DNA of 15,682 bases from Candidatus Micrarchaeia archaeon. Lineage in GTDB: Archaea; Micrarchaeota; Micrarchaeia; CAILAH01. Below the pieces are notes generated by a model. It worked only from the letters and a program-made list of their open reading frames with translations, had not been told where the DNA came from and made no database searches. The stretch is from assembly GCA_049970015.1 (NCBI GenBank), contig JBMFNT010000020.1, positions 1 to 15,682 on the forward strand. Reading direction: 5' to 3'. This document shows, in pieces, positions 8,452-15,682 of this stretch. Positions within the stretch are counted from its first letter, which is position 1. The number at the start of each line of letters is the position of its first letter. The position numbers and the translations under genes are program-made.

Positions 8452-8985
8452 TTATGTATCACGGATTTTATCACAGTAATGTGCAACATCCAATATTGTT
8501 TTATTATTTCTATCATTCTTATCTGCAATAAGGATTACCCTCATCCCAGCGGATTTTGCGCGCGAGATGAGGTAGTGTAAAAACCTTACCAGCATTTGTG
8601 CATCAACATATTCTGTAAGCGCGGATATCGAATCCAGTATTAATGTTATCTTTTTACCAAGATTCTTATTAGCTATCATGTTTATAGAAATCGAAATCTC
8701 AGTAAGTTGTGTGGGTGTATCGATATATTTTATGTGTACATTCTTCTTCACTACTGACTTGCCCATAGCATCTATCATATATATTCTATCATAATTTGGT
8801 TTCATCTTATCAAGCAGTGCCACTATTACAGAGGAGGGCGTCCTTATGCCTGTGTATATAACTGCGCTATTCTTTTCTCTGCTTGCATCTACTATTAGTT
8901 GAGATACTAATTTATTAGTCTTCTCGGCACTATAGAACCAAATAATAGCTTCGCTTGCTGAAGCATTCACATTAGCTAGCATCAT
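8452..8985 (-). CDS. Inactivated RecA/KaiC-fold protein (DUF835-like)
   Basis: Walker B-like LILDSISAL, RFLHYL, C-terminal HYCDKI, and no GxxGxGK Walker A. First gene of the ATPase operon. Confidence 0.65.
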   Translation of the reverse strand: MMLANVNASASEAIIWFYSAEKTNKLVSQLIVDASREKNSAVIYTGIRTPSSVIVALLDKMKPNYDRIYMIDAMGKSVVKKNVHIKYIDTPTQLTEISISINMIANKNLGKKITLILDSISALTEYVDAQMLVRFLHYLISRAKSAGMRVILIADKNDRNNKTILDVAHYCDKIRDT

Positions 8986-9009
8986 ACCAAAGTAATTTCT
9001 ATGGTTATA

Positions 9010-9017
9010 TTTATAAA
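9010..9017. promoter_or_regulatory. Palindromic TATA box, probably bidirectional
   Basis: TTTATAAA centred in the 55-bp gap between divergent ATGs at 8985 and 9041, about 24 nt from each. Confidence 0.6.
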
Positions 9018-9040
9018 TTTCAATCCGTATTTATGGTCTG

Positions 9041-9811
9041 ATGAAAAAACCCAAACCTAAGAAAATAACAACAAAGGCACCAGTTTCTGTTCAGCAGGGT
9101 AAGCGCGTTAGTATAATAGAGCGTACCCCTTCAGGGATTGAAGGATTGGATGAGTTGCTAGGTGGCGGGTTTGAGAAAAAAAGCATAATTGTGGTTGTAG
9201 GCGGCCCGGGCACGGGCAAGACGCTCATGGCAGCAGAATTCCTCTACAATGGCGCAACAAAGTATGGAGAGCCCGGGGTGCTTCTCAACCTTGAGCAGAC
9301 GCGTGAAAATTTCAAGATGCACATGCTCCAGATGGGGATGGACATAGAACGGCTTGAGATGGAGCGCAAGATCATAATACTATCATACTCGCCAAACGAG
9401 ATAGTTGAGATTATAAAAGGGGGAGGTGGCCTTATTAAGGATGCCATAGATTCAATAGGTGCAAAAAGGTTAGCAATAGATTCGCTGACTGCACTCATAT
9501 CTTTTTATGAAAGAAGTTTTGATGCGCGAAGGGAGCTTGCACGGCTTTTTGCTTCGCTTAGGGGATGGGGTATTACTACACTTGCAACAGTAGAATCACA
9601 TATACATGAGTCCCATAGCAAGTACCCGTTTGTTGAGTTCTTGAGCGATGGTGTAGTTCTTCTTAGGACGTACTATGAGGGGAACGTGCGCAACTATGCA
9701 ATAGAAATACTTAAGGTTAGGGGGACAGAGCATTCCAGAACAATAACACCTTATCAAATAACTAATGAAGGCGTATACATATTTGCAGGAGAAGAGGTGT
9801 TCAGCAAATGA
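9041..9811 (+). CDS. Single-domain KaiC-like (RAD55/FlaH-related) ATPase
   Basis: SGIEGLDELLGGG, Walker A GGPGTGKT, Walker B RLAIDS, EFLSDGVVLL, arginine-finger ILKVRGT. Stop overlaps the next start (ATGA). Confidence 0.92.
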   Translation: MKKPKPKKITTKAPVSVQQGKRVSIIERTPSGIEGLDELLGGGFEKKSIIVVVGGPGTGKTLMAAEFLYNGATKYGEPGVLLNLEQTRENFKMHMLQMGMDIERLEMERKIIILSYSPNEIVEIIKGGGGLIKDAIDSIGAKRLAIDSLTALISFYERSFDARRELARLFASLRGWGITTLATVESHIHESHSKYPFVEFLSDGVVLLRTYYEGNVRNYAIEILKVRGTEHSRTITPYQITNEGVYIFAGEEVFSK

Positions 9812-11874
9812 ATACTGGTACTGCACCCAAGTGCTTGCGGGGGCAGGGGTCTGCTGAATTTTTGCTTATACTTGCAGCTGCGCTTTTTGTGATCGCAGTT
9901 TCATTCTACATATCGAGTCAACAATTCACTTCAGTATCCCAGAGCAAGAACGTGAATGATGCAACCCTTACAGCGGATTCGATTGCCAGTGCAGCAAACG
10001 AAGTATATTTTCAAGGGTATGGCGCGCGCAAGCGTCTGCTTATAACGATCCCGCAGGGTGTGAATACCTCTGGCACTTACATTGCAGGGAATTCAATAGT
10101 CATAACTACGGATGGAACAACTGTAGTTTCGCAGACAGAGGTACCCGTGCATGGAACGCTTCCACTCAAACCTGGCCAGTATTATGTATGGGTAGTATCT
10201 GAGGGAAGCTCTGTGCGTATAGGTAATGTATTCGTGAGCGTAACGCCTGGGGCACTCTTCTTTATGCTTGATGAGGCTGAGAGTGATTCTGGCACGCTCA
10301 AGGTAACAAATGTGTTTGACCAGGGCATAAATGTTTCATTGTATGCTGAATGGCCACACAGCTCTGATGTTTCCCTCTCAATCTCGCCATCTAACTTTTC
10401 TCTCAACCCTGACCAGGAGAGGGATGTTACCATAGAAGTTATATCATACACGGGCTCTGCAGGCATATATGATGGGAATATTGTGATAAATGCAACAGAT
10501 GGTGATGATTACGACCAGGTATACATTCCCATAACTGTATATGTGCTTGCACCGCCCGGCGGTAATGCAACGCTTCCTTTATTCTACGTAAGCCCGAACA
10601 CGTGGAACCAGACTGTCCAGAGAGGTGCAACGGTCAACAAGTATTTCTATGTATGCACACTTGGCATATCTGTTAACCAGGTCACTTTCACACCGAGCGG
10701 TACCGTGGGCAGCTGGGTATGGAACACAGGTCCTATAGGCCCAATACCCCCATACAGTTGCTTGGGCAAAGTCTTCTACATTACAGTTCCTGGGACACAA
10801 CCAGTAGGCAATTATACAGGTACAATACTTGCATCAGCAGATGGTGGCGCATACACATATCCCATAAACCTTTCGATCGAGGTCATTGCTCCTGTTGATA
10901 CGCAGGGGCCATTGGCGAGCAATGTTGTAGTGCGCGCAAACACGCCCAACCCAAGCGGGGTGATCCATGCATACCAGGATGATGTTATTGTGAATGCGAC
11001 TTGTAGTGATGTAGGTAGAGGCAACTCAAACATACTTTATGGTGAATTGAGCTCAACACAGGCATCATGCGGATGGGTGCAAATGCTCCCGCGCGATGGT
11101 GCGTACGATTCACCAGTTGAAGATGTTACTGGTAACCTGGGACGGTTTGCGGAAGGTGATTATTTTGCACTTGTCAGGTGTACTGATATTTACTATAACA
11201 CTGGCAGTACAGTGTCGCAGTGGTTTGGTGTTGCACCACCTGATTATAAAGGCCCGGCAGTCACATCTTTCTGGCTTGAGCCGAGCAATAACCCAGGCAT
11301 GAGCCAGTATATAACTGTGCATGCATGGTGTGACGACTGGGGCAGTGGTGATTCAATAATATCAGCAGCATATGTTGAAATAGATTTTAATGGTACATGG
11401 ATACCTTTAAAACCTGAGGATGGTGCATATGACGAGCCTGATGAAGGCGTTGCTGGAGGTATAGGATACCTTTATGCAGGCCAACATACTGCAACAATCT
11501 ATTGTAAAGATTACTACAATAATACGGGTGCAAGAAACTATACATTTTTAGTGACGGATGATATTGGACCCCTTGCACTCAATCTCTACATAACACCATT
11601 TAACCCAACACCATCAACACCCATAACCGCGCATGCAACGGGTAATGATACTGGCAGGGGAGACTCAAACATAAACCTGTGCAGGGCACGTGTCGATGCA
11701 GGTATATGGAGAAACATGTATGCGGATGATGGTGCATATGATGAGCCTGTGGAACAGGTTAATAGGAATATGGGAACATATGAGTCCGGATTCCACACGT
11801 TATATGTGCAGTGCAGACAGACCGTAGGTAATATATGGGGGCCCATAAACAGTAAAACATTTAGAGTTTCATAA
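9808..11874 (+). CDS. Large pilin-like adhesin: class III signal, pilin domain, predicted Ig-like domains, three C-terminal DGAYD repeats
   Basis: LRG|QGSAEFLLIL, A..IA.AANEVY..G.G pilin motif, beta-rich G/T/V/Y composition, three ~105-115 aa repeats, about 13 N-x-S/T sequons. Confidence 0.82.
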   Translation: MNTGTAPKCLRGQGSAEFLLILAAALFVIAVSFYISSQQFTSVSQSKNVNDATLTADSIASAANEVYFQGYGARKRLLITIPQGVNTSGTYIAGNSIVITTDGTTVVSQTEVPVHGTLPLKPGQYYVWVVSEGSSVRIGNVFVSVTPGALFFMLDEAESDSGTLKVTNVFDQGINVSLYAEWPHSSDVSLSISPSNFSLNPDQERDVTIEVISYTGSAGIYDGNIVINATDGDDYDQVYIPITVYVLAPPGGNATLPLFYVSPNTWNQTVQRGATVNKYFYVCTLGISVNQVTFTPSGTVGSWVWNTGPIGPIPPYSCLGKVFYITVPGTQPVGNYTGTILASADGGAYTYPINLSIEVIAPVDTQGPLASNVVVRANTPNPSGVIHAYQDDVIVNATCSDVGRGNSNILYGELSSTQASCGWVQMLPRDGAYDSPVEDVTGNLGRFAEGDYFALVRCTDIYYNTGSTVSQWFGVAPPDYKGPAVTSFWLEPSNNPGMSQYITVHAWCDDWGSGDSIISAAYVEIDFNGTWIPLKPEDGAYDEPDEGVAGGIGYLYAGQHTATIYCKDYYNNTGARNYTFLVTDDIGPLALNLYITPFNPTPSTPITAHATGNDTGRGDSNINLCRARVDAGIWRNMYADDGAYDEPVEQVNRNMGTYESGFHTLYVQCRQTVGNIWGPINSKTFRVS

Positions 11875-11923
11875 ACAGATGATTTGTCGATAATAGCAGG
11901 TACAAAAATATGAGGGTGATGTA

Positions 11924-12340
11924 TTGGGGTTGCTAAAGAGGGCACAGATAAGTGTTGAGCTCATGTTCGTGCTTGTAGTATTTCTTTCAGTTGTGCTTGT
12001 ATTTTTTGTGTTGTACATTAGCACATCAAACACTATGCTTGACTGGATTAGGTATGTGCATGCAAAAAATACTGCTGACACGCTTGCATCACACATAAAC
12101 GATGTTGCAATGGGAGGTCCTGCAAATGCATATATATACGCAAACATTGACAGAAAAGATTACAATATAAGCATTGAAAGTGGTGCTGTTAGGGTTGATT
12201 ATAATGGGATTGTTGCATATTCACACATATTTGTGAATGATACTGATGTCATCCTTAACTTTAAAGGTACAGAGTTGTTGGTAAGAAAATCAGGTGGAAA
12301 GATATATGTTGAGGATGTGCAGAAAAAAATAAGGTGGTAA
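11924..12340 (+). CDS. Minor type IV pilin (class III signal peptide)
   Basis: KRA|QISVELMFVL..., ADTLASHINDV..GG. TTG start after RBS GAGGGTGA. Confidence 0.82.
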   Translation: MGLLKRAQISVELMFVLVVFLSVVLVFFVLYISTSNTMLDWIRYVHAKNTADTLASHINDVAMGGPANAYIYANIDRKDYNISIESGAVRVDYNGIVAYSHIFVNDTDVILNFKGTELLVRKSGGKIYVEDVQKKIRW

Positions 12341-12345
12341 AATAT

Positions 12346-12849
12346 ATGTTGAAGATGTATAGGGGCCAGTTGTTTACGATTGATTTGATGGTGGCATCAG
12401 TGCTTGCGATTGCAGTGTTGTTCCTTATAGTAAGCGTTACTATGGATGTGATGGCCAGGTATGCTAAAAATGATGAATGGCTATCGTTATCAGTACAGGG
12501 TGATGGGGCAATGTCACAGCTAATGTACGGCCAGTCATCACCATCAGACTGGATACGCTACAATTACACAACAAATGTGAGTGCTATAAACATAGTAAAG
12601 AGCAGGGGTGTTTTGGATAGGGAAAAGATAGAGAAGCTGGTCGCATCTGATTATAATGAGACACGTGAGAAGCTTGGGCTTGGCACATCACAGCTTTATA
12701 TTACAATCAGATCTTTTGATGGTAAGACTGTTGTATATTCATACGGTAGTCAACCAACTACAATCTCACAGAAATATTATGCAGAGCGGCCAGCACTACT
12801 TGATAATGTGCCGGTGAAAGTCATGATATATGTATGGAGGGGGGAATAG
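12346..12849 (+). CDS. Minor pilin-like protein (class III-like signal peptide)
   Basis: YRG|QLFTIDLMVA plus hydrophobic helix, G.PxDW-like motif (SSPSDW), C-terminal VW. ATG 12346 follows RBS AAGGTGG; the track uses GTG 12334. Confidence 0.78.
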   Translation: MLKMYRGQLFTIDLMVASVLAIAVLFLIVSVTMDVMARYAKNDEWLSLSVQGDGAMSQLMYGQSSPSDWIRYNYTTNVSAINIVKSRGVLDREKIEKLVASDYNETREKLGLGTSQLYITIRSFDGKTVVYSYGSQPTTISQKYYAERPALLDNVPVKVMIYVWRGE

Positions 12850-12852
12850 AGC

Positions 12853-13272
12853 ATGGGAAAAGGGTTTGTATTTACAATAGATGTACTCATTTCACTATTA
12901 TTCGCATCATCTTTTGCTGCCATTTTGTATTCAGAGGCGGCACGTGGCATGGACACAAGCGCATACAATGATGCGGCCCTTTATGAATATTCAACCGATC
13001 TCATGATAATGCTTGCTAAGGGAGGGTATTTGTACAAGCTTGCAGATAAGGATTTTAAGGATGTGCAGGAGCTGTTCTCACTTACCCCACAGCAGTACTG
13101 CTTCTATATACGTATATCTGATAAGGATGGGAAGAAAGTGATCACTCTTAAGAAGTATGGGTGTGCCAGCGCAAAGAACATCAACACTTATGTACGTTCA
13201 ATGTTTGTTAAAGATGGTAAGCCGTACCTTGCAGAACTGGGCGCATGGTATAAGATAAGAGAGGGGAGTTGA
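12853..13272 (+). CDS. Minor pilin-like protein (class III-like signal peptide)
   Basis: MGKG|FVFTIDVLISLL plus hydrophobic helix, two Cys, C-terminal AW, operon context. Confidence 0.78.
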   Translation: MGKGFVFTIDVLISLLFASSFAAILYSEAARGMDTSAYNDAALYEYSTDLMIMLAKGGYLYKLADKDFKDVQELFSLTPQQYCFYIRISDKDGKKVITLKKYGCASAKNINTYVRSMFVKDGKPYLAELGAWYKIREGS

Positions 13273-13401
13273 TTATAATATGATGCATGTGAGGAATGTA
13301 CGTTCAATGTTTGTTAAAGATGGTAAGCCGTACCTTGCAGAACTGGGCGCATGGTATAAGATAAGAGAGGGGAGTTGATTATAATATGATGCATGGGAGA
13401 A
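13190..13401. repeat. 106-bp tandem duplication spanning the end of one pilin gene and the start of the next (13190-13295 / 13296-13401)
   Basis: First 100 bp identical by eye; 2 mismatches in the last 6 bp (TGAGGA vs GGAGAA). Confidence 0.95.
13280..13378 (+). CDS. Possible 32-aa chimeric mini-ORF created by the duplication (MMHVRNVRSMFVKDGKPYLAELGAWYKIREGS)
   Basis: The duplicated RBS and ATG of the downstream gene fall in frame with the duplicated C-terminus of the upstream gene. Translation is unproven. Confidence 0.3.
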   Translation: MMHVRNVRSMFVKDGKPYLAELGAWYKIREGS

Positions 13402-14225
13402 GAGGTATTTTTGTAACAATAATAGTGGTGATGCTGTTTACATCTGTAGTGCTTTACTCATATGAGCTTACAAAAGTATACCAGGAAAGAAGGTACATTT
13501 ATGAGCATTCACAGTACGGCTCGCGGTTATCTTTTATGGAGAATATGGTATCAGTGAACATGCAGGAGCTATATGGCATACGTTATGGTTCAAGAATTAC
13601 TCAAAATTATACCTATCATTCCTTCAATTCATCCAAGGTCTCAGGCCTATCATCACGATTTTCTGAATATTACTATTTCTTGAACAATTCATACATACCA
13701 CTAGTGCATTCCAATATTTCGATTTCAGCTGACACCAGCAAGGCAGGCATACATTGCGATGATGGAATACTTGTATCAAAGAACTATTCATCAAACAGCA
13801 TTATTGTGTACACTAATTCCACGCCATTAAGTAATTCAACAATCTATGTATATGTAGACTCTAAGCTTGTTAATAGCACCCCTTGGGGTAGCAGCCCAGG
13901 TAGTCCAGATACATACATTTACCTGAACGTAAAAAGCCGCAGTGGTACTGATGTAGATGCGGTATATTTCCTTGATAAAGACTGGACAAATGTTTATGTG
14001 CTGAACTATACGGACGGTGTTGTTTATGTGCGCTTTGGAGTTATAGGAATAGGTAGTGAGGGCATCTCAGTGGAAGGATTGCCTGTATCCACTGCAAACA
14101 TTACGGTCTCGGTGCCATCACAATACTCAAGAACATCTGCCTGCTATTTCACAGGGTCCAACATGACATACTCTCAACAAGTTGCAGGGGCATATGGTGA
14201 AATACCAGTCATGCCAATAAGCTAA
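13386..14225 (+). CDS. Pilin-like surface protein (class III-like signal peptide)
   Basis: RRG|IFVTIIVVMLF plus hydrophobic helix, S/T/Y/N-rich beta-type body with many N-x-S/T sequons. Last gene of the operon. Confidence 0.72.
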   Translation: MMHGRRGIFVTIIVVMLFTSVVLYSYELTKVYQERRYIYEHSQYGSRLSFMENMVSVNMQELYGIRYGSRITQNYTYHSFNSSKVSGLSSRFSEYYYFLNNSYIPLVHSNISISADTSKAGIHCDDGILVSKNYSSNSIIVYTNSTPLSNSTIYVYVDSKLVNSTPWGSSPGSPDTYIYLNVKSRSGTDVDAVYFLDKDWTNVYVLNYTDGVVYVRFGVIGIGSEGISVEGLPVSTANITVSVPSQYSRTSACYFTGSNMTYSQQVAGAYGEIPVMPIS

Positions 14226-14347
14226 TTTAGCTTTACTCAAGAACATCTGGCCATCAATTTCACAGGGTCCAACATGACATACTCTCAACAAGTTGCAGGG
14301 GCATATGGTGAAATACCAGCCATGCCAATAAGCTAATTTAGTTTTAC
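14124..14347. repeat. Diverged ~110-bp tandem duplication of the gene 3' end (14124-14233 / 14234-14344, TAC microhomology at the junctions)
   Basis: Direct alignment by eye. The second copy has a 1-nt insertion and about 5 substitutions. Confidence 0.95.
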
Positions 14348-14352
14348 CATCC

Positions 14353-15450
14353 CTAATATTTATCCTTGAATCCAACCCCAGTTATCACAATAACAGTTTT
14401 TCCTTTAGGCCTTATCTTACCAAGTGCAGCGTATGCGGCAGCAGATGCAATCTCTGGGTATATTCCAAGCCCGCTTAATGCTTTTTTTGCAATTATCATT
14501 TCATTATCTGACACTGCAACAGCATCCCCTTTGCTTTCCCTTATTGCTCTTAGAACACCTGCCCCTTCCACTGGATAATCACAGTTTATTGCGCCAGCTA
14601 TTGTATGTGGATGTTTAACGGCAGTGATGTTCCGTTTTCCTTTACTGACCGCATCAACTACTGGTGCACACCCGTTTGCTTGTACTGCAATCAGCCGTGG
14701 CATCTTATCAACTATATTGAGCGTCATCATCTCATTGAACGCTTTGTATGTTGCGTAGAATAATGTACCGTTTCCCACAGGAATGATTATGTTATCAGGT
14801 GCCTTAAAATTCATCTGGTCAACAATCTCATATGCAACAGTCTTCTGTCCTTCGAGCCTATACGGGTAATCACCGGTCAGGTATGCCCCTTTTTCTTTTG
14901 CATACTCTATGCTCTTTTCCATTGCTTCAGTATATGTTCTGCCACCTCTCACAACCTTTGCACCATAATACTTCATCTGCTTAATCTTAATCTGTTCTGC
15001 AAACATTGGCACAAATATGATTGACTTGATACTCGCGCGTGATGCATATGCTGCAACACTTGCACCCATATTACCAGTTGATGCACACACCACCTCATCC
15101 TTGCCCATCTCCATTGCTTTGCTTATCTCAACTGATGACCCTCTGTCTTTAAACGAGCCAGTGGGATTAACACCTTCAAACTTTGCAAAAACACCTGTGC
15201 CTATCCTGATGAGTGGTGTTCCGCCTTCCCCCATAGTGATTGCATTGTGCGGGTTCTTGAGTGGCAATGCAAAATAATATTTCATATGCTTTGGTGGCAT
15301 ATACCTAAACTGTGATGGCACAAAATGTGCCTTTATTTTTTCATAATCATACATTACTTCGAGAGGCCCACCGCAATCAGTGCATTTGTACATAGGTTCT
15401 TTATCAAATGTTTTGCCACATTGCATACATTTGTATCCAATCGTAAACAT
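14353..15450 (-). CDS. thrC: Threonine synthase family (fold type II PLP enzyme)
   Basis: N-terminal CxxC...CxxC, TMGEGGTPL, PLP lysine motif EGVNPTGSFKDRG, ASTGNMGAS, EGQKTVAYEI, PVGNG, ITG.GFKD. Start at ATG 15450; the track uses 15468. Confidence 0.85.
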   Translation of the reverse strand: MFTIGYKCMQCGKTFDKEPMYKCTDCGGPLEVMYDYEKIKAHFVPSQFRYMPPKHMKYYFALPLKNPHNAITMGEGGTPLIRIGTGVFAKFEGVNPTGSFKDRGSSVEISKAMEMGKDEVVCASTGNMGASVAAYASRASIKSIIFVPMFAEQIKIKQMKYYGAKVVRGGRTYTEAMEKSIEYAKEKGAYLTGDYPYRLEGQKTVAYEIVDQMNFKAPDNIIIPVGNGTLFYATYKAFNEMMTLNIVDKMPRLIAVQANGCAPVVDAVSKGKRNITAVKHPHTIAGAINCDYPVEGAGVLRAIRESKGDAVAVSDNEMIIAKKALSGLGIYPEIASAAAYAALGKIRPKGKTVIVITGVGFKDKY

Positions 15451-15533
15451 GATTACATATTTTTTCAAAGAATTATAAGTTTTGACTACTTTATAACTTT
15501 ACACTTCTTCACTCCACATTTTGCTCAATATTC

Positions 15534-15682
15534 CTTTGCATACATTTCTTTATAGATTTGGCCATTAGGAGAGAATGCATTCATGTTTTGATTAAGATTT
15601 CATAACTTTGCATACATTTCTTTATAGATTTGGCCATTAGGAGAGAATGCATTCATGTTTTGATTAAGATTTCATAACTTTG
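15534..15682. repeat. Perfect 72-bp tandem repeat (15534-15605, 15606-15677, plus 5 bp) running to the window edge
   Basis: Unit CTTTGCATACATTTCTTTATAGATTTGGCCATTAGGAGAGAATGCATTCATGTTTTGATTAAGATTTCATAA, identical by eye, with stops in all six frames. Confidence 0.93.

Noticed and set aside
4760..9811. Archaellum (fla/arl) operon
   Set aside because: There are two TadB/C genes instead of a single FlaJ, the pilins have QxSxE-type N-termini rather than archaellin N-termini, and no FlaF/G-like genes were recognised.
9041..9811. True circadian KaiC
   Set aside because: It has a single domain, EFLSD at the position where KaiC CII carries the ST phosphosites, and no kaiA/kaiB nearby.
4675..14347. 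Diversity-generating retroelement (TR/VR pairs at gene 3' ends)
   Set aside because: Differences between copies are not adenine-specific (they include G/T and C/T changes and indels), one pair is almost identical, and no reverse transcriptase is in the window.
1257..15450. Frequent TGCA/ATGCAT words as a dispersed repeat or signal
   Set aside because: They are plausibly explained by codon usage (GCA for Ala after T-ending codons). No positional pattern was seen, and enrichment was not computed.
455..15555. Numerous short antisense or overlapping ORFs in the track (e.g. 2981-3268, 4887-5342, 6261-6731, 14127-14375, 15325-15555)
   Set aside because: They are shadows of well-supported genes, the tRNA or the duplications, and have no recognisable motifs.
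15534..15682. CRISPR array or coding repeat
   Set aside because: The units are contiguous 72-mers with no unique spacers, no cas genes are present, and every frame has a stop.

Overview
Archaeal genomic window. The basis is TTTA(T)AAA TATA boxes, GGTG/GAGG-type RBSs, an archaeal-type ProRS, an intron-containing tRNA and class III prepilins; a DPANN/Micrarchaeota-like source is plausible but is inference only. The left part holds a partial minus-strand ORF, an AT-rich truncated and frameshifted AAA-DUF4143 ATPase pseudogene, proS, an EamA/DMT-type transporter, tRNA-Arg(GCG) with a 46-nt intron and a multi-pass membrane protein. The core (about 4.2-14.2 kb) is a divergently transcribed archaeal type IV pilus locus. 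Leftward it encodes an inactive RecA/KaiC-like protein, a VirB11-type ATPase with an extra N-terminal winged-helix-like domain, two TadB/TadC platform proteins and a probable major pilin. Rightward it encodes a single-domain KaiC-like ATPase, a 688-aa pilin-adhesin with three DGAYD repeats and four minor pilins. A threonine synthase-family gene follows. The most unusual signal is four unrelated short (72-110 bp) head-to-tail duplications within 11 kb. Three of them copy the last ~25-35 codons plus stop codon of a pilus gene, and two have already diverged, which argues against simple assembly error.
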